Positions 27,421 to 39,400 of a DNA stretch of 64,000 nt are shown piece after piece (the first letter of the stretch is position 1; each line of letters opens with the position of its first letter). The position numbers and the translations under genes were made by a program. The DNA comes from Croceimicrobium sp. (GTDB lineage: Bacteria; Bacteroidota; Bacteroidia; Flavobacteriales; Schleiferiaceae), in assembly GCA_965658965.1 (NCBI GenBank), contig CBFHVV010000006.1, positions 367-64,366 of the forward strand, read 5' to 3'. The notes under the pieces were generated by a model. The model saw only the letters and a program-made list of their open reading frames with translations. It ran no database searches and was not told where the DNA came from.

Positions 27421-29460
27421 ATGAAGGTGAAAATCTGCTGCAAATTTCTCTTAATAACACTACTTATTTGCTTCTTTAGTGTTGATATTCAGGGGCAAAG
27501 GGTGAAGTCTAAGTATTGGGAAAAGAATTGGGAAAATTTTCCTCGCCCCGTCTATAATTATGGAATAACTGATTTTACGGCGGTGAAGCGCGTGATAAGT
27601 CGCAAATATTTCCCCACAAATAGCGGATACTCGGGTGAACTTTATCAAAAGTACTATCAATTTCAATATCCAAGTAAGTGGGATGTAGCTAATCATGGCT
27701 GTGTAAAAATCCGTATTCCGGCCCGAGAACGTCTTTTGGATATCGATTATCGAGTTTGGAAGAACGGTTTACTAATTTATGAAGCGCGGCCTGGTTTAAT
27801 TAATGCTCAGCTGCCTTCTCATCTTATAAGGTCTTCTTTGCATAGTGATAGCTTTAATTTGAAATTTGCCTTTTTAGAGCCCGAGTGTACGGTCGAACTT
27901 ATCATTTCATGTCAGGGTGTACCGCTGCCTTACCAACTATTTTTTAATGACGATATGCCAATATTGGAGTCTGTGCAAGAACTAGTTCTTCTTTCGGAGA
28001 GTCCCTTGCGATATCAGGCCTCATCTGCCGTAGAGCACGCTGAAACAACTGAGTGGGATAATGTAATTTACACCTTTACCCTTGATAGTGTTGCTGTCAG
28101 AAGCACGCAAAAGGGCATAGATACAAGGGCTATGGCAGAGGCGAATGTTTTAATTGACTGGCAAGATCAGGTTTACTATTACGACCGTAAAGAAACAGAT
28201 ACTTGGCCCGATTTGCTGGAACATCTTTTTTATCAGGGTCTAGTGCGGGATTACAGTGTTTATAAGAACTCTTTGAGTGCCCAATTTGGTTGGCAGCAAT
28301 TTTATGGCCCTTGGCAACGACCTCTGCGATTTTACCGTTTGCGTGACGACGAAATAACACAAAATGAAATATATGCGGAAGGTAACTGGCGCCTAAGCCG
28401 TGCCTATGCTGATCGCTGGCTTATCTTAGAAGACTTTGTGCAAAACTTAGAAAAGGACAGTTCGCTTACTTTTTCGCTTGCTTTACAGCAGATGCATATA
28501 TTGCAAGAGAAGGCAATAAAAGCGCAAATTGAGGCAATTCCAGAACCGCCCAAAGTGTTTACGGAATACGGATTGGCCTATTCTTTTTATCAAGAGTTGT
28601 TTAAGCATTTTAAAATCCCGTATCGCCTTGCTTTGGTAAAGGCGGCGTCTCAGGCTAAAGTGGAAGTAGATTATGTTTCTCCCTGGCAATTTCAGGCGCG
28701 AGCACTGGCTTATCGCTTAAATGCCCAGGCTGAGTGGAGCTATGTTTTTGCGGGTCCTATTTTAGGTAACTTTACTGCTTTAGGGCAAATTCCCAGTCCC
28801 TTAATTGGCTCCGAAGTTTTACTTTTCAGCCCAGAAGATAGTCTTTCGCACACTATAGCTGCCTTGTCAGACACTGGGGTAGTTAAGACCAACTTTGTGC
28901 GAAGGCAGCATATTAATTTTAATAAGCCTTTTAGCTTTTATCGCAATAAAGGGCAAATTGAGTGGGACGGTGTTTTCAGGTCTTCACTTGTGCAGGACTA
29001 TGTGTTGGGAGACTCTTTGCCCTATTTGCTCGCTAATGCACGCACGGAATTGTCTGCTCGGTATTACCAAGGCGATAGCCTAACAGAGCTCAAAGCTTAT
29101 CGAGAAGCTATCTCTGCGGACTCAATTAGCTTCGTGATTCCTATTAATGAAGCCATTTTTCTCCCCCAGCCATCTCCCGGAAGGGTGCTCTGTTTGCCCT
29201 ATTTAATTAAGGCAGAGTGGCACTATGATTTTAAAAACCTGCCCCAAGGTTTTCGCTATGCAATTAACGGCGGCGAGGAGTTAAATAATGAGGATTTCTC
29301 GCTTTCGCTAGATGTGCAGGAATTAGGCGGGGATCATTTAAGACTAATCGTAGCGGTAGAAATACGCAGACTCTGCTATAATTCTGATTCACATAATAGA
29401 TATTTGCAAATCCTTAGTCGCTTAAACAAAGGAGTAAAAATTACAATTTGGAAGAGTTAA
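27421..29460 (+). CDS. Hypothetical secreted protein
   Basis: ORF 27382..29460 (GTG). The ATG at 27421 gives the signal peptide MKVKICCKFLLITLLICFFSVDIQGQ. I cannot place the family from sequence alone. Confidence 0.5.
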   Translation: MKVKICCKFLLITLLICFFSVDIQGQRVKSKYWEKNWENFPRPVYNYGITDFTAVKRVISRKYFPTNSGYSGELYQKYYQFQYPSKWDVANHGCVKIRIPARERLLDIDYRVWKNGLLIYEARPGLINAQLPSHLIRSSLHSDSFNLKFAFLEPECTVELIISCQGVPLPYQLFFNDDMPILESVQELVLLSESPLRYQASSAVEHAETTEWDNVIYTFTLDSVAVRSTQKGIDTRAMAEANVLIDWQDQVYYYDRKETDTWPDLLEHLFYQGLVRDYSVYKNSLSAQFGWQQFYGPWQRPLRFYRLRDDEITQNEIYAEGNWRLSRAYADRWLILEDFVQNLEKDSSLTFSLALQQMHILQEKAIKAQIEAIPEPPKVFTEYGLAYSFYQELFKHFKIPYRLALVKAASQAKVEVDYVSPWQFQARALAYRLNAQAEWSYVFAGPILGNFTALGQIPSPLIGSEVLLFSPEDSLSHTIAALSDTGVVKTNFVRRQHINFNKPFSFYRNKGQIEWDGVFRSSLVQDYVLGDSLPYLLANARTELSARYYQGDSLTELKAYREAISADSISFVIPINEAIFLPQPSPGRVLCLPYLIKAEWHYDFKNLPQGFRYAINGGEELNNEDFSLSLDVQELGGDHLRLIVAVEIRRLCYNSDSHNRYLQILSRLNKGVKITIWKS

Positions 29461-30341
29461 AAAATCATCGTGCAGGATACGTTACCATTATTGGTAATCC
29501 TAATGTGGGTAAGTCAACTTTATTAAACGCTTTATTGGGGGAGCAGTTATCTATTATTACTCCAAAGGCGCAGACTACCCGTCACCGAATTTTGGGAATG
29601 CTAAATGGTGATGACTATCAAATAGTATTTTCGGACACACCCGGTATTATAAAGCCTGCCTACGCTATGCAGGAAGGTATGATGGATTTTGTGAAAGCAA
29701 GCTTCGAAGACGCCGATGTGTTTCTCTATTTGGTTGAGCCGGGTATTAGATCCCTAAAGGATGATGAGCTTTTTGAAAAATTAAAAAGAGTGGAAATGCC
29801 TCTTTTTATAATTGTAAATAAAATCGATAAAATCGACCAAGATCAGCTCGAGCAGGAGGTTAATTATTGGCATGAGCAATTTCCTAATGCTGCAATTTTA
29901 CCCCTGTCTGCCTTAAAAAAGGTTAATGTGGATATGTTAAAGGAGCGCCTTGCGTCTATGTTACCACTTAATCCACCCTTTTTCGATAAGGAAGATTTAA
30001 GCGATAAGAGCGAGCGTTTTTTTGTAGAAGAGATGGTGCGTGAACAGATACTTTTAAACTACAGTAAGGAAATTCCTTATGCGGTTGAAGTTGAAGTAGA
30101 GGAGTTTAAGGAAGAGGAAACGATAATTCGGATACGTGCTAATATTTATACCGAGCGAAATACCCAGAAAGGTATAATTGTAGGAGCCCAGGGTAGCATG
30201 ATTAAAAAAACGGGGACCGGTGCTAGAAAGCGCATGGAGGCGTTTTTTAAGAAAAAAGTGTTTTTGGATTTATTCGTAAAAGTGCGTAAAAATTGGCGCT
30301 CTAATGATGCTGATCTAAAGCGTTTTGGCTACAAGCGCTAG
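29448..30341 (+). CDS. era: GTPase Era
   Basis: G1 GNPNVGKST, G3 DTPG, G4 NKID, and a C-terminal KH domain (YAVEVEVEEF...). Confidence 0.95.
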   Translation: MEELKNHRAGYVTIIGNPNVGKSTLLNALLGEQLSIITPKAQTTRHRILGMLNGDDYQIVFSDTPGIIKPAYAMQEGMMDFVKASFEDADVFLYLVEPGIRSLKDDELFEKLKRVEMPLFIIVNKIDKIDQDQLEQEVNYWHEQFPNAAILPLSALKKVNVDMLKERLASMLPLNPPFFDKEDLSDKSERFFVEEMVREQILLNYSKEIPYAVEVEVEEFKEEETIIRIRANIYTERNTQKGIIVGAQGSMIKKTGTGARKRMEAFFKKKVFLDLFVKVRKNWRSNDADLKRFGYKR

Positions 30342-30356
30342 GCCTTAAAACGAGCA

Positions 30357-31058
30357 ATGAATCAATTATTTAAAATAGTCGGACTAATCTTGCTTTTAAG
30401 CGGCTGTAAGCTTCTTTTAAAGCAAGAAGATTTGATTGTGAAATCGAAAATAGTGCGCATGCAGGCACAGGCTCCGGCTAGCTATGTGAGACCTAGCTTT
30501 AAGCAACGCTTGGATAGTGCCTCTACGATGAGTTTCTTAGTGCGATCTCGGGTGGAACCAGTTTCTGCAATTGTAGCGAATGGTTTGGTGCATAAAGATC
30601 CTGCAGTCTTTGATTTGGAAAATAACTTGGTAAGAAATCATTTTGAGGTGATTGATAGAGCTTTATATTATGATCGTAAGCTCGCTAATAAAAATTATAA
30701 TTACCCTTTTGACTATATTATTGAAATCATAAATATTGAGACCACTAAGCATTATACAGGAATTGTTTTTAGAAATGAAAATGAGTATTATTTAGAAGGT
30801 AAAATTGTTACTGTAAAAATCATTGATGTAAAAAAAGGGATTACGGTTGCCTTGATTACGGCGGAGTATTTGCCTTGTGTAAATGGCTGTAAGATTAAAT
30901 ATGATCAGTACAAGGTCATAGAGTTAAGTGATTTGAGTCGCAGTGAGTTCATTCAGTTGAATGGCGATTCCTTAAAATTGAAGAGCTTAAAGGAGGGTGA
31001 TTTAATGGGTGAGATTAGTGATTTTATTCGTATGAAATTGAATAAAACAAGGCCTTAG
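30357..31058 (+). CDS. Hypothetical lipoprotein
   Basis: Lipobox LLLSGC. No recognised domain. Confidence 0.45.
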   Translation: MNQLFKIVGLILLLSGCKLLLKQEDLIVKSKIVRMQAQAPASYVRPSFKQRLDSASTMSFLVRSRVEPVSAIVANGLVHKDPAVFDLENNLVRNHFEVIDRALYYDRKLANKNYNYPFDYIIEIINIETTKHYTGIVFRNENEYYLEGKIVTVKIIDVKKGITVALITAEYLPCVNGCKIKYDQYKVIELSDLSRSEFIQLNGDSLKLKSLKEGDLMGEISDFIRMKLNKTRP

Positions 31059-31088
31059 AATATAGTTTATTCCTAGTTTGTCGTTTAT

Positions 31089-31646
31089 TTAGTCGCAATT
31101 ACAGCCCCAGGTGCTTTTTATTTCGAGCTGTGGGGCGCACTCAAAAAGCCATTCTAAATCTCGCGTCCCCAGGTAATTCCTTCGTAAATCAATTTTCTCT
31201 AAACTTGGGTGTTGGCAAATATTTGAATCAATCTTTTGAATGTCGCAATCCCATAAATCAAGGTAGCTTAAATGGAGAAATTCGTGGACGGATAGGCTTA
31301 GCTTTTCTAGAGGATTCTGGGCTAAAAGTAGGCGCTCTAGTTTTGGCGCATCTGCCAGGGAGCGCGGTAGGCTTTTAAACTGATTTCCCGCCAAATTGAC
31401 TGCGGTTAAATTTGGCAACTTCCCCATAAAAGCGGGCAAAGAGCTTAAATTATTATCGCTTAGGTCTAGCTCTTGTAAATTCAAGCATAGGGCCAAATCT
31501 GCCGGAAGGCTATCCAGCTTACAGTTGCTGAGGTCAAGGTTAACTAGTTCCGCTTTCGCGGGATGCGATAAAAAGCGCTCCAGCCTTTTTTGCCCTTTTA
31601 TACTGCTACTAAAGAGTATTAAAATAAGTACGAGCAGCTTGCTCAT
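31089..31646 (-). CDS. Secreted leucine-rich-repeat protein
   Basis: Signal peptide plus about 6 LRRs (LxxLxLxxNxLxxLP: LQELDLSDNNLSSLP, LTAVNLAGNQFKSLP and others). Confidence 0.8.
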   Translation of the reverse strand: MSKLLVLILILFSSSIKGQKRLERFLSHPAKAELVNLDLSNCKLDSLPADLALCLNLQELDLSDNNLSSLPAFMGKLPNLTAVNLAGNQFKSLPRSLADAPKLERLLLAQNPLEKLSLSVHEFLHLSYLDLWDCDIQKIDSNICQHPSLEKIDLRRNYLGTRDLEWLFECAPQLEIKSTWGCNCD

Positions 31647-32547
31647 CTTTTTGTAATTGTTGTTTTAAAGCCTCTAAACCGTCAAATTTCATTTCTGCAC
31701 GAAGATGCTTATGGAAACGTATATTAAGGTTTTGTCCGTATAAATCTCCGGTGAAATCTAAAATATGAACTTCTATTGTTTCAAATTTGCCCCCTACTGT
31801 TGGTCGCATTCCGATATTACAAATGCCAAATTTAGTCGCTTCATTATTGTGCGGGAACTCCACACTTACTGCGTAAACTCCTTTAGCAGGTGTAATTTTA
31901 TAGGAGTCCTCTAACTGAAGATTAGCGGTGGGGAAGCCCAAAGTATGGCCAATTTTCTCGCCGCTAACCACTTGTCCGAATAAAGGAAATTTGTATTCTA
32001 AATATTGGTTGGCTACTTCCATATTTCCATGGCTAATGGCCTCCCGAATTTTGGTGCTGCTTACGGTGGTGTCTTCTACGTCTTGTGCGGAAATTTCTTC
32101 TACATCAAAACCGTAGACTGGACCATACTCCTTTAAATGTTCGAAACTGCCTTCGCGGTTTCTACCGAAATGATGATCATAGCCAATTACCAATTTTTTC
32201 GCACCAATTTGGTTGACTAAAATTGTCCGCACAAAATCGAGAGAACTAGTGCGGCTAAATTCCAAAGAAAAGGGATGAATGATAAGGTGATCTAATCCCG
32301 TGTCTTTTAAAAGTTCAATCTTCTCCTTTTGAGAATTGAGCAGTTTTAAGTCCAAATCGGGTTGTAAAACCATCCGTGGATGTGGGAAGAAAGTAAGTAA
32401 AACACTTTCTCCACCGTGCTTGCGAGCTACCTCATTTAATTGTGAGAGGATTTTGCGGTGACCAATATGAACGCCGTCAAAAGTTCCGGTGGTTACCACG
32501 GCATTGTTAAGGGGCTGAAAATCACTAAGAGAGTAATAAACCTTCAA
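31609..32547 (-). CDS. ribF: Bifunctional riboflavin kinase / FAD synthetase
   Basis: GTFDGVHIGH, the FAD synthetase N-domain, and riboflavin kinase motifs (GFPTAN, GVYAV, E.HILDF). Coordinates are taken from the ORF track. Confidence 0.9.
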   Translation of the reverse strand: MKVYYSLSDFQPLNNAVVTTGTFDGVHIGHRKILSQLNEVARKHGGESVLLTFFPHPRMVLQPDLDLKLLNSQKEKIELLKDTGLDHLIIHPFSLEFSRTSSLDFVRTILVNQIGAKKLVIGYDHHFGRNREGSFEHLKEYGPVYGFDVEEISAQDVEDTTVSSTKIREAISHGNMEVANQYLEYKFPLFGQVVSGEKIGHTLGFPTANLQLEDSYKITPAKGVYAVSVEFPHNNEATKFGICNIGMRPTVGGKFETIEVHILDFTGDLYGQNLNIRFHKHLRAEMKFDGLEALKQQLQKDEQAARTYFNTL

Positions 32548-32713
32548 ATTTTTCGACTTAAATTTAGCTGCTAAAAGGCCCCTTTGGCCTTTTGTTAGTT
32601 AAGTGTTCAAAATTATAGAAATTAAAATTCCCAAAGCCTTCTGAAAATTAATATAAAATGGACTAATTTTGCACGCGAAATAAGCAAGGCCAATTAAGCC
32701 CTTAAAATTGTAA

Positions 32714-34222
<1,509 letters not shown>

Positions 34223-34253
34223 GACTAATAATTAGCTGATTTAAAGAAAGAAG

Positions 34254-34544
34254 ATGGTACTAGAAATTATCACCCCCGAAGCCAAAATTTTTCACGGTGA
34301 CGCCGATGCAGTTCAGTTGCCCGGAAAAGAAGGCCTCTTTCAAATCTTAAATGGTCACGCACCAGTTATTAGTACTTTAAAAGAAGGGGAAGTGAAGATT
34401 GATATTCCTACTTCTTCTAAAACTATTGAAGGACTAAACGGTACTATTGTAGCGGATAAGTCTAACGATAAAGTATTGAGAATGAGTGTTAGTGGAGGAG
34501 TAGTGGAAGTGCAAAACAACCACGTTATTATTCTCGCAGACTAA
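34254..34544 (+). CDS. atpC: F1 ATP synthase epsilon subunit (short form)
   Basis: A 96-aa beta-sandwich-like sequence directly downstream of atpD. Confidence 0.85.
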   Translation: MVLEIITPEAKIFHGDADAVQLPGKEGLFQILNGHAPVISTLKEGEVKIDIPTSSKTIEGLNGTIVADKSNDKVLRMSVSGGVVEVQNNHVIILAD

Positions 34545-34565
34545 TATTTCCATAAATATTTTCTT

Positions 34566-34595
34566 AAAAACCGCATTTCGATGCGGTTTTTTTTT
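34566..34595 (+). terminator. Intrinsic terminator after atpDC
   Basis: aaaaaCCGCATttcgATGCGGttttttttt. Confidence 0.85.
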
Positions 34596-35065
34596 GCTCC
34601 AAACTGGCCTTAGCTTTTAATCAACGGTTAAAATTTCACTTCGGAGTTTGAAAACACTTTGACCTTTCTCATTCCTTAGCTAAAAACCTTAGTTACTTTT
34701 TTAAGAGAATATTTTGGTGGCTAAATTTGGCCAGGCTGCAATTCCTCAGTCAAAAAATATTTAAATAAGGCAAGTTCGGTGGGCGAGCTCCTTTGGTCGC
34801 AACCCAACTCACTAAGCCTCATATTTCTATTTTTAGCCTTCCTAATTGAATCGCAAAGCAAGTAGTTGAAAAACTCCCTGAAAATTAAATTTCCTCCCAA
34901 GTTTAGCTGAGGATCTTAAGTGTAGTTGGCGCTAGCCCTCATCGCATTGGTCGCGATCTGTAAAAATTGTAGCGATTCTGAATAAACCCAGGACGGCTTC
35001 GTCAACGGTGGTAAAAAGATACGAGATTATTATCTGTCCACCGAAAATCCGCTACCGAAGCGGGA

Positions 35066-35725
35066 TTAAAGCCGACTTGCGTTTATTTTTTGTTGGCGCA
35101 CGTTATTTCTTTCTTTCTCTTCTGTTACAGTGTCTCTTGAAATGTCATTTTTGATTTCAAATACTTTTATATGATCCAAACAGAAGTCTGGGTCATTAAA
35201 ATTTTCTGCGGTCGTTCCTTGACAATAAGTGTTGAAACCGCCAATTTCTAGATGTCCGTCATCATCTATATCCCCAAAAAATTCTTTGGTCAGAGGCTCC
35301 GTTTGTCCAATGATTTCAATCTCTTGTCCAACGTGTTTCAACAGATAATAGTAGTTTGGTTCGGGTCTGTTGTTTGCCGTTATCAAGTAGTAAGTGGACG
35401 AACCTGTCTCAAAAACGTGGTCTGGACTGAGTTCAAAGTTTTGTCCTTCAAGTTCTAAAACCTTTGAGTCAATTGTTATTTGGGTGCTGTCGATTAATTG
35501 TACTTCTAAGCGTTGATAGAGTCCAAGGTCATAAGGATCTGTCAAATTAGAAAATACGAATTTCAAGTCACCGATTAAATACTCAACCGATGGAGGGGTT
35601 TGCTCCGGATGTGGTTCAACTTTATTAATTGCATTGTCAGCTTTGTCCAAAGTTTTTTTGTCAGGCTGCTGTTGATTGCAACCGATGAAAGTTAGCAGAA
35701 TTACTATTTGTAGAAGTATCTTCAT
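35066..35725 (-). CDS. Hypothetical lipoprotein
   Basis: The ATG at 35725 gives MKILLQIVILLTFIGC (lipobox). No recognised domain. Confidence 0.45.
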   Translation of the reverse strand: MKILLQIVILLTFIGCNQQQPDKKTLDKADNAINKVEPHPEQTPPSVEYLIGDLKFVFSNLTDPYDLGLYQRLEVQLIDSTQITIDSKVLELEGQNFELSPDHVFETGSSTYYLITANNRPEPNYYYLLKHVGQEIEIIGQTEPLTKEFFGDIDDDGHLEIGGFNTYCQGTTAENFNDPDFCLDHIKVFEIKNDISRDTVTEEKERNNVRQQKINASRL

Positions 35726-35829
35726 TTTAATGTGCGCCCAACTCGGTACTAACCTTAAGACCTTCATTTTGTCGCAGAATTATTTTGCAAACCCGTGTTG
35801 AAATTTTAGTTAACCGTAATTAAAGACTC

Positions 35830-36264
35830 TTAATTACGGATGCGAATGACCACTCCGTCAAAAGTACAGCGGTATTCTACTAAGCTTGTAATAGCATCAG
35901 TAGAAGGCGAGCCATCAAATAATAGATACTGCTCTCCTCCGCAGGGACATTCTGCAAAAGTGCGATCATCGCTAATTTCTAAAACCGAACATTCTTCTCG
36001 ATAATGCGTAGGACAGGCACGGTCGAAAGCACCAAAATCGTTTTGGGTATTATTGTTAAAGCGACGGTAAACCAATAAACCACGATAACCTCCGCTGTGT
36101 GTAATGGCGCCACCAATATTTAAAAGCTCAAGGCTAGATGGGTTATCTATGTAGATGTATTCATCAAATGAAACAATGGGGAAGTCTCGGTTATTATTTT
36201 CTTTGCAAGCTGAGGCAACCAAAAATAAAGCTAGAGTCCATAAGAATAACAAGTGCCTTTTCAT
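35830..36264 (-). CDS. Hypothetical Cys-rich lipoprotein
   Basis: Lipobox LVASAC. A degenerate Rieske-like spacing CPTH...CPCGG is present, but I cannot confirm it as a Rieske domain. Confidence 0.4.
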   Translation of the reverse strand: MKRHLLFLWTLALFLVASACKENNNRDFPIVSFDEYIYIDNPSSLELLNIGGAITHSGGYRGLLVYRRFNNNTQNDFGAFDRACPTHYREECSVLEISDDRTFAECPCGGEQYLLFDGSPSTDAITSLVEYRCTFDGVVIRIRN

Positions 36265-36490
36265 AGTGCAAATTTGCTCATATTAGGAATAAAACTGCCG
36301 ATTTCGGCAAAAATTGTTACTAGAAACAAGCAAATCTTAAATTTATGTTAACACTTAGAGGTTCATTATCAATAATTTATTAATAAACCCAAGATTTCTA
36401 GGAAATTAGGCATTGCTGCCTAGGCCTATTTTATGTTATATTTACGGCCTTTTAAAATTCAGGAGAGATCTTAATAACCGAATAATTAGT

Positions 36491-39400
36491 ATGGGAAAGA
36501 AACTACTCTTACTGCTTTTCACCACTTTAGCTTCAGTTGCTTTTGCGCAACAGCGCCCCGGATCGCTCCGTGGGACTGTAACCGACAAGGGAACAGGTGA
36601 AACAGTACCTTTTGCAAATGTTGTCATCAAAGACGCCTCAGGAACAGTTTTGACGGGAGGAACTACCGATTTTGACGGGAAGTACAATATCAACCCGGTT
36701 AGTCCAGGAACCTACCTAGTGGAGGCTTCTTTTACTGGTTTAGCCACTGTAAAGGTGGAAGGCGTTGTTATCTCGCCAAGTTCTATCACCATTCAAAATT
36801 TTGATATGCGTGAAGAAAGTGCCATGCTGGGTGAAGTCGTAATTAAATACGAAGCTCCTTTAATTGACGCGACCAAAACGAGCAAGATAACCACCCAAGA
36901 GGACATTCAGAATATGGCCGTGCGTGATATTACTTCTGTTGCTGGACAAGCGGCTGGTGTAACTCAAGATGCGAACGGTAATACGAACATTCGTGGTGCT
37001 CGTGGTGAAGGAACCGTTTACTTTATTGATGGGGTTAAAATGCGCGGTAGCGTAAACATTCCGCAAGCGGCCATCGCTCAAACCGAGGTAATTACTGGTG
37101 GTTTACCGGCACAGTACGGTGATGCCATTGGTGGTGTTATTAATACTACCACGCGCGGTCCTTCGGGCGAATGGTTTGGCAGTGCGGAGATTTTAACATC
37201 TATGCCTTTTAAATATTTAACGCGTGGAGACGGAAGCCCAATCCTTGACGGACAAAACTATAACTTAGCAGCCTTTACTATAGGTGGTCCTCTTTATAAA
37301 AATGATAAAGGTCAATCTATTGTAGGTTTCTTATTTAGCTCTGAGTTCTTATATATAGAGGAGCCCAGACCAGTGCCGTCTAGTATTCCTTATATCAAAC
37401 TAGATGAAGATGTTTTAGCATCTTTACAGCAAACACCAATTTTGGTTGATCCAAACGGAACTGCAATTAACTTGGCTTCTGAATTTGTTACTGAAGATGA
37501 TTTAAGCAATATCTGGCAAAGACCTAATTCTTACGCTAATGATGTTCGTTTAACTGGTAATGTTCAGATTAAAACTTCTCGCAATACCAATTTAACAGTA
37601 GGTGGCCGTTTAGTTTACTCTAATGATCGTGCCGCCAACTACGGTAGTCATGTTTTCAATTATGAAAACAATATGAATACTATTAATTCCGATTGGCAAG
37701 CCTATGTTCGCTTCCAGCAGACATTTGATAATGATACTTCTGCCAACTCCCTTATTAAAAACGCGTATTACAACATCCAAGTAGATTATACTCGTGACTT
37801 TAATGAAACGAAGGACGTTAACCACGGTAAGAATTTCTTTAACTACGGATATACTGGTAAATACGATGTGGCCACTCGCCCAGCATACGTGCCAGGGACT
37901 GATACCACTTTAGGCTTAGATGGCCTACTTTATGTTGGTGATTTCGATTTAGGAGTTGACTATACTCCAGGTGGTGTTAATCCAAACCGTGATAATTACA
38001 TTACTGAGTTTTTTAATATCGCAGCTTCTAATCCTGGTATCAATTCACGTACTATCGACGAGATTTTGGGATACGGATTACCAATTAATGGTTTTAACCC
38101 TCGTAGCGTTTACGGCTTGTGGACCAATACGGGTACTCAATTAGGAGGATATAATGTTAGCCGTAACAGTCAGTTTAGAGTTACTGCCTCTACTAACTTT
38201 GATATTGGAGATCACTCTCTTATCGCTGGTTTTGAGTATGAGCAAAGAATTGACCGCGCCTATGGACTTGGTGCACAAGGACTTTGGACTAGAATGCGTT
38301 TATTACAAAACCAACCTAACTCTCAGTTAGACTTATCAAATCCGCTTCCAGTTTATGATGGATTTGGAAACTTCCAAGACACCATTAATTATAACTATGC
38401 TTATAATGAGCAGGATGCTAGTCAATTCTCAGAAAGAATTAGAGCAGCTTTAGGTTTAGACCCACGTGGTGTCGATCAAATCAACATAGATAACTTAGAT
38501 CCTTCTATGTTCTCTTTGGATATGTTCTCGGCTGATGAGCTTATTAACCCGAACGGTGCCGCTAGCGTAAGCTATTATGGTTACGATTATACTGGAGAAG
38601 TTAGTTCGGAAAATTCTTCAATCGCCGACTTCTTCCAAGCGCGCGATGAGAATGGAAGATATTTACGTCCCGTAGCCGCATTCCAGCCTATATATATCGC
38701 TGGTTATGTTCAGGATCAATTCGCATTCCGCGACCTTACTTTTAACGTAGGGGTTAGGGTCGATCGTTTTGACTTAAACCAGAGTGTATTAAAAGATCCT
38801 TATGTATTATACCCAGCTTACAATGTAGGTGACCTTTCAGGTTCTCCCCTTTCGGAAGATGCGGTTTCTAATATTCCTGCCGGTATTGGTCAAGACTACG
38901 CTGTATATGTAAGTAGTTTCGATTACGGAAGTGCAAGTATTGTAGGTTACCGTAATGGCGATCAGTTTTTCGATGCTTCTGGTAGCCCGATAACTGACCC
39001 AGGTATTCTTTCGGATGCAGCGGGTGGTGGTATCAAGCCATTCTTAGTAACTCCTCCTGGAGATGAAACTACTGTTGGTAGTGATATTCCTGCTGAGTCT
39101 TTTGTTGACTACGAGCCACAAACGGTTGTAATGCCGCGTATTGCCTTTAACTTCCCTATTACGGATGAGGCTATTTTTATCGCACACTACGATGTGTTAG
39201 CGCAGCGTCCTACTACTGGCTTTTCACGCTTAGATCCATTCGACTACTTGAATCTTACCAACTTGAGAAATGGAGGGATTTTGAATAACCCTAACTTATT
39301 ACCTCAAAAAACAACGGAATACGAATTAGCATTTAAGCAAGCTCTTACTAAAAAGTCGGCTCTTAAAATCGCTGCCTTCTACCGTGAGTTACGCGACTTA

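Noticed and set aside
32518-32522. In my manual read of the ribF 5' end, the A-run at 32518-32522 appeared one nt too long for the N-terminus MKVYYSLSDFQ given in the ORF track. That would imply a frameshift.
   Set aside because: The ORF track, computed from the same window, gives an uninterrupted 312-aa RibF, and all flanking coordinates agree with it. I treat this as my own counting error. Inspecting the homopolymer in the raw reads would settle it.
32574-32594. The hairpin aaaaGGCCccTTTGGCCtttt between the divergent ribF and atpD might be a terminator or attenuator.
   Set aside because: It lies upstream of both genes, so there is nothing for it to terminate. The stem is only 4-8 bp. It may be an insulator or chance.
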